Assembly (NCBI GenBank): GCA_951813565.1
Contig: OX638351.1
Location: 576,001 to 640,000, forward strand
Direction: 5' to 3'
DNA length: 64,000 nt
Source of the DNA: an uncultured Poribacteria bacterium
Lineage (GTDB): Bacteria; Poribacteria; WGA-4E; WGA-3G
Below the pieces are notes generated by a model. It was not told the origin of the DNA, did no database searches, and saw nothing but the letters and a program-made list of their open reading frames with translations. The translations under genes and the position numbers were made by a program. Of the stretch, positions 21,378-32,608 are shown in pieces. Within the stretch, counting starts at the first letter, position 1, and each line of letters opens with the position of its first letter.

Positions 21378-22302
21378 ACCTAAGTTGCTACCTATAAAAT
21401 ACTTCTAAATCCATGGGATTTGCTCTATAATGTTTTTATGAAATAAAACACAAGGAGAAACCCCATGGAATTAACCATTGTAGCAGTTTACACGATTTGT
21501 GACGATCTTTTAATTTCACTCGGTCATCAAACGCATCCACAAGCACAAATGACAGATGCTGAAGTGATGACAACTGCGATTATCGCAGCACAATATTTTG
21601 GAGGAAATCATCAAACCGCTTGCTGTATGTTAAAAATAAATGGATATATCCCAAATATGTTAGGACACTCCCGATACAATCGTAGACTTCATCGGATACC
21701 TCATTTATTTCAAATATTTTTTGAATATCTCGCAGAAATCTCTAAATCTAATAATCCGAATGGTATTTACGCGATTGACACCTATCCTGTTGCCGTGTGT
21801 GATAACATTCGGATTAGTCGGTGTCGTCTCTATCAAGGTGAAAAATGGCGTGGCAAAATCGCAAGTAAACGCCGTCACTTTTATGGTCTCAAAGTGCATC
21901 TAATGGTCACTGAAAGTGGACACATTGTTGAAGTTTTCTTCACCCCTGGCAAGTGGAACGATGTCAGAGGAATGCGATATTTTCCATTTGATTTGCCGCA
22001 AGGTTCTGTGGTGTATGCGGATAAAGCATATTGCAACTATGGTATTGAAGATGCGCTAAAGGAAGTAGGGATTACTTTCAAACCGCTTCGGAAGAAAAAC
22101 CTCAAGCGTCAGTTTCCACCTTGGGAAGTTTATCTGCAACATCTTCACAGAAAACGGGTTGAAGTGACAAATAGTTTGATTACACAACTATTACCGAAGT
22201 CAATACACGCAGTGACTGCGACAGGTTTTGAGTTGAAACTATTTTTGTTTATCATCGCAACGAATATAAGACAAATATATGGTGATAGGTAGCAACTTGG
22301 GT
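21378..22302 (+). mobile_element. IS982-family insertion sequence
   Basis: TIR ACCTAAGTTGCTACCTA / ACCCAAGTTGCTACCTA; 7-bp TSD TACTTTA. Confidence 0.9.
21465..22292 (+). CDS. IS982-family transposase
   Basis: MTDAEV, SRYNRR, AIDTYPVAVC, FYGLKVH, YADKAY, RKRVE. Confidence 0.9.
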   Translation: MELTIVAVYTICDDLLISLGHQTHPQAQMTDAEVMTTAIIAAQYFGGNHQTACCMLKINGYIPNMLGHSRYNRRLHRIPHLFQIFFEYLAEISKSNNPNGIYAIDTYPVAVCDNIRISRCRLYQGEKWRGKIASKRRHFYGLKVHLMVTESGHIVEVFFTPGKWNDVRGMRYFPFDLPQGSVVYADKAYCNYGIEDALKEVGITFKPLRKKNLKRQFPPWEVYLQHLHRKRVEVTNSLITQLLPKSIHAVTATGFELKLFLFIIATNIRQIYGDR

Positions 22303-22445
22303 TACTTTATAAAGGCAATATCTCTGGTTTTTCGTTGACACACTTAAGAAAAATGTTGACACACTTAAGAAAAATAAGATATACTGCATTTATGTAAAGA
22401 GACATTTTCAAGCGAAGCCACTATTATTATGGAGGAATTTTTTTA

Positions 22446-23063
22446 ATGACAACATGGTTTAAACGTAACTGGCAGATTTCATTTATTGGCTCTTTGATTT
22501 TAGCCCTACTCATTATTACTTTTACACAAAAAACTGAATCACAAGATACTGCGGCAACATACGAAATAGACGCAGTGCATTCAGCAGTTATTTTCCGCGC
22601 AAAACACATGGGAGTTACTTATAATTACGGTCGATTCAATGAATTCTCAGGGTCAATTATGATGGACGAAACTGACGTTTCCAAGAGTAAAGTTGAATTA
22701 GAAGTGAAAACTGCAAGCGTTGATACCGCCAACGGAAAACGCGACCAACACCTCAGAAGCCCTGACTTCTTCAATGCCAAGCAATTCCCTGTAATCACAT
22801 TTAAAAGCACAAAGGTGAGTGCAAAGGCAGGACAAGAAAACATGCTGGAGGTAACAGGTGACTTCGCAATGCACGGTGTGCAGAAATCTATTACTGTTGA
22901 TGTTGAAATTACGGGAAAAGGAAAATCCCCGCAAGGTGGAGAATTAATCGGATTTGAAACAACGTTTGTAATTAAACGGAGCGAATTCGGTATGAATTAC
23001 GGCATGCAAGGCGTTAGTGACGACATCCGCATTACAGTAAGTATTGAAGCAGGAAAAAAATAG
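22446..23063 (+). CDS. YceI family protein
   Basis: YEIDAVHS.VIF..KH, GRF, RDQHLRSPDFF, IKRSEFGM. Confidence 0.92.
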   Translation: MTTWFKRNWQISFIGSLILALLIITFTQKTESQDTAATYEIDAVHSAVIFRAKHMGVTYNYGRFNEFSGSIMMDETDVSKSKVELEVKTASVDTANGKRDQHLRSPDFFNAKQFPVITFKSTKVSAKAGQENMLEVTGDFAMHGVQKSITVDVEITGKGKSPQGGELIGFETTFVIKRSEFGMNYGMQGVSDDIRITVSIEAGKK

Positions 23064-23110
23064 ACATCACAGAAAATGATAAGTCCAAATATAAAGCGGG
23101 GGCTTAAGCA

Positions 23111-24007
23111 GTGCTAACTTTGAGTCAGTTGTTTTTCAGTTTGCTTTTGCCTGCTATTGTCTGTGGAGGGATTTATACTGTCGTAGTATACATAAGGGCA
23201 CACGATGGAGAAAAAACTTCTCTGCTCTGGTTAACTGCCGTTGCTATCGGAATAGGATACATCGTCGGTTACCTCGGCATAGAAAGAAAACTAACCTTTT
23301 TACCAATAGAAAGTATACATTGGCTTTTCTACTTCACGCTTTTTGCACTTTTCAGCAGTACTTATTGGGACTTTTCCGGTTGGCGACGATTGATATCACA
23401 ACTCATCTATTCGGTTGCTTTACCACGTATACTATTAAATTCATACTTTCAGTATACTTGGGGCACACTTGAAGGTATCATCTGGTGGGCCTGTTTAAGT
23501 ATTGGAATTTTTATTTTTTGGAATATAGTTAAACAGAGTTTTTCTGCGATACCATCATCTAATACCTCCATCCCGTTTGTCTATTTTGGGATTTCAGGCG
23601 GAACTGCTTTGATTATCGCACTTTCGGGGAGTGTGCGAATTGCACAACATGCTGGAACATTAACGGTTCTTTTCGCAGCAATCTGGATTATTACTATTGT
23701 TCTGCAACGCAACCTGAAATCCGATAGCAACTCACACGTTTTCTCGATCAGTGCTTCCCCGGTAGTAACTTTTCTTTTTATTGGTATCTGGATGAATGGG
23801 TATTTTTACGCGGAGGCACCATCGGTCAGTATTATTCTATTAGCAATTTCGCCTTTCTTGGCACAGGTCAGACAGATACAAGCAATTCAGAAGTTAGGAG
23901 ATCGAAAATCAATATTTGTACAAGTTGGACTCATAGCACTATGTGTAAGTATAGCCATAATTATTGCAGTGGTCCGCTCAGGTTTTTTCGGTGAAGAGGC
24001 ATATTAA
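23111..24007 (+). CDS. Hypothetical multi-pass membrane protein
   Basis: About 9-10 hydrophobic segments. Confidence 0.65.
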   Translation: MLTLSQLFFSLLLPAIVCGGIYTVVVYIRAHDGEKTSLLWLTAVAIGIGYIVGYLGIERKLTFLPIESIHWLFYFTLFALFSSTYWDFSGWRRLISQLIYSVALPRILLNSYFQYTWGTLEGIIWWACLSIGIFIFWNIVKQSFSAIPSSNTSIPFVYFGISGGTALIIALSGSVRIAQHAGTLTVLFAAIWIITIVLQRNLKSDSNSHVFSISASPVVTFLFIGIWMNGYFYAEAPSVSIILLAISPFLAQVRQIQAIQKLGDRKSIFVQVGLIALCVSIAIIIAVVRSGFFGEEAY

Positions 24008-24031
24008 ACATACAATCGGAGGAAAATCAGA

Positions 24032-27000
24032 ATGCAACTCAAGCATCACAATATTTCAGGTAGAAATAAGCAATTTCTTGTCGCTTCATATACCATCACC
24101 TTAATCCTTGCAGCTATGCTCTTTATAAACGGTTGTGTTAAGATGGAAGCGACTCGTAAAGCGGATTGGGAGACAAACTTCACCGACCTACATTTTGTTA
24201 ACGCAAAACAGGGATGGATTGTTGGACTTGAAGGCTTAATTATCCATACAGCAGATGGTGGGAAAACGTGGCAGAAGCAGGAAGTAAATACTAAAGGCGA
24301 TTTCAAGGCGGTCTATTTTGCTAACAACCGATACGGATGGGCAGTTGGTGATAAAGGTTTAATTGCCACAACCGATGATAGTGGTAGACACTGGTACTTG
24401 CAAAAAAGTGGTACTTTAGCAATGCTGCGTGATGTCTATTTTGCTAATGCCAAAGAAGGGTGGATTGTTGGTGAAGATACTGATGTTCTCTATACAAAAA
24501 ACGGTGGTAAATCATGGAATCGGTATGAACATGTAAGTGAATTTCCTCTTAACGGCGTTTGGTTTGTAGACGATGACAGAGGATGGGCAGTCGGAACGTA
24601 TGATAGGATTTTTCATACCAAAACCAGTGGTGAATCGTGGCAGGAACAGAGTAATCGCTTTGAAGGTGAACGCGACCGAATGATTAACGACAACAAGCAG
24701 GTTTTCTTTATCAGCGATAACGAAGGTTGGATTGCTGGGAGTGATGGTTCAATTTTCCATACAACAACCGGCGGCGTAAATTGGGAACGTCAAGATAGCC
24801 GTATTCCACTAATTAATGGACACGTCCGTGATACAATTAATAGTATCCATTTTGCAGATGAAAACTACGGAATTGCCGTAGCAGATGTCGGTTTCATCAC
24901 CCGAACAGAAGATGGCGGCGATAATTGGCAACTGATGGAGAGCGGCACGGAAAATAATTTGACCGGTGTCCAATTCACTACTCGGAAAGAGGCTTGGGCA
25001 ATCGGATGGTCGGGCACTATTATGCGCACGATAAATGCTGGCACAACATGGGAGATGGTTAGCGGCACGACAGCCAACGACTTGCAAAATGTGCAGTTTA
25101 CTGATGCTAACCGTGCCATCGCAGTCGGCAAGCGTGGGACGATGGCTATAACCAACGACGGTGGACAAACTTGGAACGAACTGGACACAGATATCTGGGA
25201 CGGAATTTGGAACATATATTTTGCGACTGACAAGCACGGATGGGCGGTTGGTGAACGCGGACTTATCGTTCATACAAATGATGCCGGTGCCAACTGGGAA
25301 CAGCAGCGCGCTCCTTCAGCATTTACACTTCGCTCTGTCTATTTTATTAACGCCAAAGTAGGGTGGATTGTCGGAGACCTCGGCACAATCTTACACACAA
25401 TTGATGGCGGAAAAAGTTGGCTCCCACAAATCCCTATCGGCGATTTCCACTCACTCATGCTAAAAGGTATATATTTTCTTGATGAAAAGACTGGGTGGGC
25501 AATCGGATGGCCGGGTATCTGTATAGCGACACAAGATGGCGGTTTGACATGGAAGCAGCAGTCTACAGATACCTTCAACGAACTTTACGGTGTTTATTTC
25601 GTTGATGAAAACATCGGATGGATTGTCGGGCAGTTTGGTGAGATTTTACATACTAAAGATGGTGGAAAGAATTGGAATGTGCAACGTAGCGGAACACAAG
25701 AGAATTTAAATAAACTTTATTTTGCTGATGCACAACACGGCTTAATCGTGGGCGATAATGGCGTTATGCTTACTACTATCAACGGCGGAAAAAAATGGGA
25801 ACTCCAAGAAAGCGGCACCGAAAATGATCTCTACGGATTGGCACTTTCACCCGATGGTGTTGTCGCTGTCGGTAAAGGTGGGATTGCGATGCGTTACTCA
25901 GTTGAAAATGCTCAGCTTCCTGCAAAACTACCGCCTGTTGCTGAAGAGCCAGAGGTCGTAGTTGTTGAAGAGGAGGCACCCGTTGAACCTGTCGTCTATC
26001 ATTGGGATATTATCCGTCAGGCAACATGGCGAACAGATTTTGCTGACACGCATTTTGTGGATACCGAAAACGGATGGGCAGTTGGCTCCGGTGGGGCAAT
26101 TGCGCGTACAACAGATGGCGGAAAAACATGGCTTCCACAACATAGCGGCGTAGATGAGAACTTGCGAAAAGTTGAATTTACAGACGAAAAACATGGACGA
26201 ATTCTTGGGGCAAACGTCCTACTTCAAACAGAAAATGGTGGTGAAACGTGGCAACCTATTGTTAGAACAACGCGTCAAAACCTACCACGTATCAGTATGA
26301 TGCAGTTCATAAATGAGAACGAAGGATGGCTTGGTGCATCAATTGGACAAATCTTGCACACAACAGATGGCGGGAAAACGTGGAAAGTCCAGAAAACTGG
26401 CACAACAAATGCAAGCATCACAGACCTTCACTTTATCAATAATCAGGAAGGTTGGGCAGTTGCCCCGCAGCGTCGAGATGGTGGATTCATTCTACACACC
26501 GTCGACGGTGGCAATTATTGGCAAATTCAGTCAAAGACCAATCAGCCGGGTATTGCAGTCCATTTTGATGACGAAAAACAGGGTTGGGTTATTCTGGGTA
26601 ACGGGAACTCTCTGCTCACTGAAGATGGCGGCGAAACATGGAAACTGCAAGCCACAACACAAAGCCCGCGCGGTTTAAGACGTATTACCTTCCGTTCACA
26701 TACACATGCGTGGGGAATTGGTGGTGGCGGTGCGTACATCACTGAAGATCAAGGTGTAAATTGGCAACCTGTTCCTGTTTCAACAGGAGACAATATGTTC
26801 GCAATGCAGCAACCTCCACCTGAAACACCTGAAGAATCCGAGAAAGAAGGGACGGAGAATGGAAAAGAAAGTACACAACCTGCTGAGGAATCGCTCGTTG
26901 ATATTTTCCAAAGACAATTCAGTCAGGAAAGACAACGTGCTGGTCGTTTTGCTCCTGAAGGCACATTACCACCTAATGCTGAGCAAGCGAGTCCTGCTCC

Positions 27001-28075
27001 AACAAGACAACAACCGCCTCCACCACCTGAACCGAGAAGACGTTTTGGCCGTGGTGGCAGTGGGATCGCCAGTGTGTACTTCCTTGACGCACAGCATGCA
27101 TGGGCAGTTGGAAGTGCAGGTAGTATTTATCGCACTACAGACGGCGGGGAAACTTGGGAACGTCAACTCGGTGAACAGGAACGTAATGATTTCCGAGAAG
27201 TTCTCTTCTATAACGACAAAATCGGTTGGATAGCGAATAACGATGGAACATTATTGGAAACACAAGATGCAGGACAAACATGGGAAAAACTGGCAATTCA
27301 TACCCGTCAACGCCTCATCGGTATTCATTTCGCCAGCCTTGAACCGAAATGGGGTTGGACAATGCGAAGAGACGGCACAGTCCTCTATACGACTGATGGT
27401 AATACGTGGACTGCAGGCGACACACCTGAGCGACCACCTTTCTTTGAAGGGGATTCTCCCGGTAGGTTCTCAATGAGTGATGTTGACTTCGGTAAGTTCT
27501 CTGAAGGTTGGGCAGTTGGTAGATTCGGAGACATCATTCACAACAAAGATGGTGGTCCCACGTGGACACTCCAGCGCACCACGACAAACGACCCACTCAT
27601 GAGTGTAGATATGAAGTTTTCCCCTCTTGGTTGGGCAGTTGGTCAAAGCGGAACTATCCAGCGGACCATTAACGGTGGCGATTATTGGCGCATGCACGAA
27701 TCCAATACGGTTTATAACCTAAATTCGGTTTCATTTATTACGAAACGTATAGGATGGGCAGTAGGACAAGGCGGTCTTGTCGTAAAAACAGTAGATGGTG
27801 GGTTTACTTGGCAACCTAAATTGACCGGTATTACCAAAACGTTACATGGAATCATCGCGCTTTCTGAACAAGAACTCTACGCAGTTGGTGAAGAAGGGAC
27901 AATTATCCGCTCTACCGATGGTGGGGAAACATGGGAACAAGAACATACCGATATTGACAACAATCTGTATGTGATAACCCGTGCGAAAAATGGGAAAACA
28001 CTCTGGGTTGTCGGTCAGTGGGGGGTGATTCTCCGCCGCAAAGTAGAGACTCCCTTGCAAGCTTCAGCGCGGTAA
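24032..28075 (+). CDS. Large YCF48/BNR(Asp-box) repeat beta-propeller lipoprotein
   Basis: Lipobox INGC; more than 25 repeats of F.D...GW.VG..G.I.HT.DGG.TW. Confidence 0.85.
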   Translation: MQLKHHNISGRNKQFLVASYTITLILAAMLFINGCVKMEATRKADWETNFTDLHFVNAKQGWIVGLEGLIIHTADGGKTWQKQEVNTKGDFKAVYFANNRYGWAVGDKGLIATTDDSGRHWYLQKSGTLAMLRDVYFANAKEGWIVGEDTDVLYTKNGGKSWNRYEHVSEFPLNGVWFVDDDRGWAVGTYDRIFHTKTSGESWQEQSNRFEGERDRMINDNKQVFFISDNEGWIAGSDGSIFHTTTGGVNWERQDSRIPLINGHVRDTINSIHFADENYGIAVADVGFITRTEDGGDNWQLMESGTENNLTGVQFTTRKEAWAIGWSGTIMRTINAGTTWEMVSGTTANDLQNVQFTDANRAIAVGKRGTMAITNDGGQTWNELDTDIWDGIWNIYFATDKHGWAVGERGLIVHTNDAGANWEQQRAPSAFTLRSVYFINAKVGWIVGDLGTILHTIDGGKSWLPQIPIGDFHSLMLKGIYFLDEKTGWAIGWPGICIATQDGGLTWKQQSTDTFNELYGVYFVDENIGWIVGQFGEILHTKDGGKNWNVQRSGTQENLNKLYFADAQHGLIVGDNGVMLTTINGGKKWELQESGTENDLYGLALSPDGVVAVGKGGIAMRYSVENAQLPAKLPPVAEEPEVVVVEEEAPVEPVVYHWDIIRQATWRTDFADTHFVDTENGWAVGSGGAIARTTDGGKTWLPQHSGVDENLRKVEFTDEKHGRILGANVLLQTENGGETWQPIVRTTRQNLPRISMMQFINENEGWLGASIGQILHTTDGGKTWKVQKTGTTNASITDLHFINNQEGWAVAPQRRDGGFILHTVDGGNYWQIQSKTNQPGIAVHFDDEKQGWVILGNGNSLLTEDGGETWKLQATTQSPRGLRRITFRSHTHAWGIGGGGAYITEDQGVNWQPVPVSTGDNMFAMQQPPPETPEESEKEGTENGKESTQPAEESLVDIFQRQFSQERQRAGRFAPEGTLPPNAEQASPAPTRQQPPPPPEPRRRFGRGGSGIASVYFLDAQHAWAVGSAGSIYRTTDGGETWERQLGEQERNDFREVLFYNDKIGWIANNDGTLLETQDAGQTWEKLAIHTRQRLIGIHFASLEPKWGWTMRRDGTVLYTTDGNTWTAGDTPERPPFFEGDSPGRFSMSDVDFGKFSEGWAVGRFGDIIHNKDGGPTWTLQRTTTNDPLMSVDMKFSPLGWAVGQSGTIQRTINGGDYWRMHESNTVYNLNSVSFITKRIGWAVGQGGLVVKTVDGGFTWQPKLTGITKTLHGIIALSEQELYAVGEEGTIIRSTDGGETWEQEHTDIDNNLYVITRAKNGKTLWVVGQWGVILRRKVETPLQASAR

Positions 28076-28137
28076 GATGTTTTGTGTCGTAACTACCATA
28101 CAGTCTGAGAAAAAAATATTCATGTACGGATTTTAAT

Positions 28138-28338
28138 ATGTTCAAGAATATTATTTTATGCCTAATTTTGTTAATTTTAATATTTTTAAATGGATGTGGT
28201 ACTATATCCAAGATTTTATCGGAAGGTTATGAAGTTGATGATTTTAATCAAACTCGGTGGGGATATACTCAAGAAATGGTTGAGATTGCAGAATTAAAAC
28301 AAGATAGTAAGCTTTATTTAAGGGAGGGGTGTGCATAA
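28138..28338 (+). pseudogene. Lipoprotein gene probably truncated by a MITE
   Basis: Lipobox LNGC and DF..TRWG motif; stop codon lies inside the MITE TIR. Confidence 0.5.
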
Positions 28339-28581
28339 ATAATTCCGATGTTAAATATGCGCTTAAAGGTAGTCAGCACACGGCGTATGCCGTCTACAAG
28401 TTCAAAGAGGCGCAGCATGCCACACGGGGAATGCCATAAGGCATTCGGACCGTTGATTTGGCGCATGCTGCGTTGATTTGGCAATGAATTGCGCGACTAC
28501 AAACGCATTTCTATAAATCAAGCGGCACCTGGCGCTTGTCCCTGTCTGTGTTGATGCGTCAAATATTTATGCACACCCCTC
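28324..28581. mobile_element. MITE with 18-bp TIR containing nested REP/AATCA hairpins
   Basis: GAGGGGTGTGCATAAATA ... TATTTATGCACACCCCTC. Confidence 0.75.
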
Positions 28582-28616
28582 AATTAAGTGGACATTTATT
28601 AGCATTTGCGGCGTTT

Positions 28617-28750
28617 GTAGTCACGCAATTCATTGCGCTCGGACATTGACCGGTAGGCGGTGAATGCCTAAAGACGAATGCGCTTTTGGCATTCGCCATG
28701 ATTCATACCGTTGATTTCTTGATTTGGAGGTTTCCTAACCTCGCTGGTGC
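28617..28750. repeat. REP-like cluster with AATCA-hairpin units
   Basis: GTAGTCACGCAATTCATTGCG; gacgaatgcgcttttggcattcgccatgattcataccgttgatttcttgatttgg is shared with ~62508-62586. Confidence 0.65.
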
Positions 28751-28819
28751 AAGGTGTTCAAGTAATTCCAAAATCTACTATAACCTGCACTTTAGTTAGA
28801 ACGTCAACACTATTTGTGA

Positions 28820-29875
28820 TTACTGAATTTCAATGGCGCGGCGTTCTGTTGTAGCTCTCCGTGCGGCATCAATAATTGCAAGATTATGGTATGCTTTCTC
28901 AGCACTAATAGGTAATGCTCTGTCCTCAGCAAGAGCATCAAAAGTAGCCGTAAAATAACTCGCGTGTCCACTGGCATCTTTGAGTCCTTCTTCGTCAAGG
29001 TCTGGAAGTTCCACTGGTTTCCATCCTTCTGCTCTGGTAAAACGGCGCAGTGCCTCGCGAACATTGTAACGATGCTTAACACGCAGCGATCCGTTCTCAG
29101 CATGCACTTCACACCAACCGAAATCATCAGCAGGAACACTCCACGCACCAGAGACAGTGGTGATAGCACCATTTTCATGTTCACATAATAGCATAGCAAA
29201 ATCGTCAACATCAATGTCAAGAACCATCGTTCGCACACGTGCCTCAACATAACGAACAGGGGATTGCACTAAGGTACAGACAGAATAAATTTCGTGATAA
29301 CTTGTATCGCTTATACAACCGCCCCCTTTTGCCTTACTTGCACGCCATGCAAACGCTGGATTCGGATGATTAGCATTAAAATCAGTTGATCTTAATCCCA
29401 TCCCTGTGCTTCGTCCGAAATAGGTTTTGCCGATTTCGGGCAGTTGTGCAATTGCCGCTTGCATCCCAGCAGTATAGAGGTAGTTATGCACAATGGTGTA
29501 AGGCACATTGTTATCGTTGACTGCCTCCACAATTTTATCTGCTTCTTCAAGGCTTGTCGCCATTGGTTTTTCGGAGATAATCGCCACTCCCGCACTTGCG
29601 GACTCTATCACCTGTTCTGCGTGAAGTGAATGTGGTGTAGCAATGGTTACAACGTCAATGTTGCCTTTCGCTAACATCTCACGGTAATCTGTATATCGGT
29701 TTTGTGTTGGCACATCAAATTGATCGCCGACCTTTTGAAGGTTTTCTGGAACAACATCTGCGAGGGCAGATATCTTGATGGTTTCTGTTTCTGAAAGAGC
29801 GAGGTAAGCACGCGCATGTGTTTTTTGGACTATGCCGCCACAGCCTATAAGCCCTAAACGTATCGGTTTTTGCAT
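28820..29875 (-). CDS. Gfo/Idh/MocA oxidoreductase
   Basis: GLIGCGGI, IATPH..H, SEKPMA, GGG..D..YH. Confidence 0.9.
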   Translation of the reverse strand: MQKPIRLGLIGCGGIVQKTHARAYLALSETETIKISALADVVPENLQKVGDQFDVPTQNRYTDYREMLAKGNIDVVTIATPHSLHAEQVIESASAGVAIISEKPMATSLEEADKIVEAVNDNNVPYTIVHNYLYTAGMQAAIAQLPEIGKTYFGRSTGMGLRSTDFNANHPNPAFAWRASKAKGGGCISDTSYHEIYSVCTLVQSPVRYVEARVRTMVLDIDVDDFAMLLCEHENGAITTVSGAWSVPADDFGWCEVHAENGSLRVKHRYNVREALRRFTRAEGWKPVELPDLDEEGLKDASGHASYFTATFDALAEDRALPISAEKAYHNLAIIDAARRATTERRAIEIQ

Positions 29876-29993
29876 CGCATTTCTCCTTTTTTAGAGTTTA
29901 CCACATTTCACTTTTATGTCAAACAATTTTGTAACACCCGATTTGAAAATATGCTATAATGGTCGCATATATCTAACAGAAAAGGAACTACGC

Positions 29994-31490
29994 ATGAGTC
30001 AAGAAGAACAAAAAGATTCTGAAGAGGGTACGTCTGAGGACAAAAATAAGTCAATACCTGAAGATAAACTCTCTGTTACACACCATAGTGTCACGATTAA
30101 CGGCAAAGAACTCAATTATACTGCGACAACAGGCACGCTTGTTTTGAAGGCAGAAGACGAAAAAGAGGGTGAGAAACCGAAAGCCTCTATTTTTTTCGTT
30201 GCCTATACTTTAGACGATGTAGAGGATGCTTCCAAACGGCCGTTAACGTTTTCCTTCAACGGTGGTCCGGGGTCATCTTCAGTTTGGTTGCATTTAGGCG
30301 TGTTGGGGCCGCGTCGTGTCAAACCGGATGAGGATGGTAATCCACCTCAACCCCCGTATGACTTAACAAATAACGAGTTTTCCATTCTGGATAAGACTGA
30401 TTTGGTTTTTATAGACCCCGTGAGTACCGGTTTCAGTAGAGCAGTGCCCGGAGAAGAAGCGAAGCAGTTCCACGGTTTCCAGCGAGATATTGAATCAGTT
30501 GGTGATTTTATTCTACTTTATTTGGGGCGTTATAAGCGGTGGCGTTCACCTAAATTCCTCATCGGCGAAAGTTATGGTACAACACGTGCATGCGGCTTGT
30601 CTGGTTATCTTCAAGACCGAAACGGCACATATCTCAACGGTATCATGCTCGTATCTGTAGTTCTAAACTTCCAAACAATTCGGTTTGCAGTTGGTAACGA
30701 TTTACCCTATATCCTCTTTCTACCGACCTACACTGCCACAGCCTTTTGGCATAACAAACTTAGCGAGTTGGAAATTTCAAAAGAGGGTAGTCTTGAAAAG
30801 GTTTTAGATGAGGTCAGAGAATTCGCAATAGGCGATTACACTACTGCCTTGATGCAGGGTTCAGCCATATCAGACCGTAGAAGGCAAGCAATTGTTAAAA
30901 AGTTGGCAACGTATACCGGATTGACACCCGAATATATTGAAAAGACTGATATACGAATAAAAATTAACAGATTTTGTAAGGAACTGCTCCGAGAGGAAGG
31001 ACGAACAGTTGGACGTTTTGATAGCCGTTTCACTGGTATTGACCGCGATTCCGCGGGTGAGAATTATGAATATGATCCGAGTTCAGCAGTGATTCAAGGT
31101 GCTTACACTGCTACCTTAAACGATTATGTTCGTGGTGACCTTGAGTTTGAGAGCGATCTCCCGTATGAGATCCTAAGCGGACGCGTGCATCCGTGGGACT
31201 ATGGTAACCATCAGAACGAATACGTCAATGTCGCAGATACGCTTCGCAAGGCTATGACAACTAATCCTTCCTTGAAAGTTTATGTTGCAAGTGGTTACTA
31301 CGATTTGGCAACGCCATTTTTGGCGACAGAATACACATTTACGCATCTCGGTCTGGACAAATCATTGCAGGATAATATCACGATGGCTTACTACGGCGCT
31401 GGGCACATGATGTATATTGACATGGATGAACTGGAAAAGATGAAAGCGGATATGGATGCTTACCTTGACGCTACGCTTTCCGATTTATAA
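29994..31490 (+). CDS. Serine carboxypeptidase, peptidase S10
   Basis: [47 protein letters not shown] before MSQEE. Confidence 0.92.
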   Translation: MSQEEQKDSEEGTSEDKNKSIPEDKLSVTHHSVTINGKELNYTATTGTLVLKAEDEKEGEKPKASIFFVAYTLDDVEDASKRPLTFSFNGGPGSSSVWLHLGVLGPRRVKPDEDGNPPQPPYDLTNNEFSILDKTDLVFIDPVSTGFSRAVPGEEAKQFHGFQRDIESVGDFILLYLGRYKRWRSPKFLIGESYGTTRACGLSGYLQDRNGTYLNGIMLVSVVLNFQTIRFAVGNDLPYILFLPTYTATAFWHNKLSELEISKEGSLEKVLDEVREFAIGDYTTALMQGSAISDRRRQAIVKKLATYTGLTPEYIEKTDIRIKINRFCKELLREEGRTVGRFDSRFTGIDRDSAGENYEYDPSSAVIQGAYTATLNDYVRGDLEFESDLPYEILSGRVHPWDYGNHQNEYVNVADTLRKAMTTNPSLKVYVASGYYDLATPFLATEYTFTHLGLDKSLQDNITMAYYGAGHMMYIDMDELEKMKADMDAYLDATLSDL

Positions 31491-31525
31491 TTGGTGTTGT
31501 TCTCCAAGAAATTTCAAAGGTAGGT

Positions 31526-32572
31526 ATGAGTTACCAGAGAGACTTTGAGAAAAGACTGAACGTAGCGGTCGTTGGCGTTGGTTCTCACGGCTATCGGAAT
31601 GTCTTGCCAACGATGACTTTTCTTCCTGTCCGCTTAAAAGCATTTTGCGATGTGAATATTGGTCGTGCAAGATCTACTGCTGAACAGTATGGTGTGAAGG
31701 CGTGTTATGACAACATGGGAGAGATGTTTCGGAACGAGGAATTGGATGCGATATTTTTGTGTGTTCCGCCAAGGCTCCATCCTGAACTGACGTGTGAGGC
31801 ATTGGACGCAGGTGTCCATGTATGGTTGGAAAAGCCTCCGGGCATGTTTGCATGTGAAGTTGAGGAGATGATTCGTCATCGCAAAGACCGCGTTGTGGTT
31901 GTCGGTTTCAAAAAGGCGTTCATGCCTGCCACACAGAAAATCATTGAGATCTTCAATACAGAAGAATACGGACCTTTACGAACGTTATTGGGTGTCTACC
32001 CTATGACAATTCCAAGTGATGGAAAACGTGTGCTTCGTGAGGGTGAGCATACAAACTGGCTTCAAAATGGGATTCATCCGTTATCACTGCTGTTGGCAGT
32101 TGGTGGGAAGGTATCGTCTGTAACGGTGCATCGAGGCACACGCGGTGGCGGGGTGTGTGTATTAGAATTTGCCAGCGGCGCGCTCGGTAATTTTCATCTT
32201 GCAGATGGTGCGAGGCATGGACAACCGTCTGAATTTTATCAGTTCTTTGGTGATGGATGCCACGCTGAAATTCGGAACGGCACACATGTTTTGTTACAAC
32301 GCGGAATGCAGTTCAATTACAGTGGCAGCACAAGTTTTGTGTCTGAAGGTTTTGATAGCGGTGCCATCGTCTGGGAACCACAATACAGTCTCGGTACACT
32401 TGAAAACAAGGGGCTTTTCGTCCAAGGTTTTTATCAAGAGATGTGGTATTTCTGTGATTGTATTTTGGAGGGAAAACCTGCTGAACAAGGATCGCTTGAG
32501 TTTGCTTTAGATGTGATGAAGGTGTATGAGGCGGGGCTTCGTTCTGAAGGTGAGACCGTCGCTATACTGTAA
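31526..32572 (+). CDS. Gfo/Idh/MocA oxidoreductase
   Basis: [20 protein letters not shown]. Confidence 0.85.
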   Translation: MSYQRDFEKRLNVAVVGVGSHGYRNVLPTMTFLPVRLKAFCDVNIGRARSTAEQYGVKACYDNMGEMFRNEELDAIFLCVPPRLHPELTCEALDAGVHVWLEKPPGMFACEVEEMIRHRKDRVVVVGFKKAFMPATQKIIEIFNTEEYGPLRTLLGVYPMTIPSDGKRVLREGEHTNWLQNGIHPLSLLLAVGGKVSSVTVHRGTRGGGVCVLEFASGALGNFHLADGARHGQPSEFYQFFGDGCHAEIRNGTHVLLQRGMQFNYSGSTSFVSEGFDSGAIVWEPQYSLGTLENKGLFVQGFYQEMWYFCDCILEGKPAEQGSLEFALDVMKVYEAGLRSEGETVAIL

Positions 32573-32608
32573 GGACAATTGTAGTTTTAAAATTTTTCTG
32601 GAGCAAAA

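Noticed and set aside
24032..28075. Photosynthesis implied by YCF48-like repeats
   Set aside because: The repeat is a generic BNR/Asp-box propeller, and no photosystem genes are present.
24046..28211. Numerous antisense and alternate-frame ORFs inside long genes throughout the window
   Set aside because: Shadow ORFs with no recognisable motifs, overlapping well-supported CDSs.
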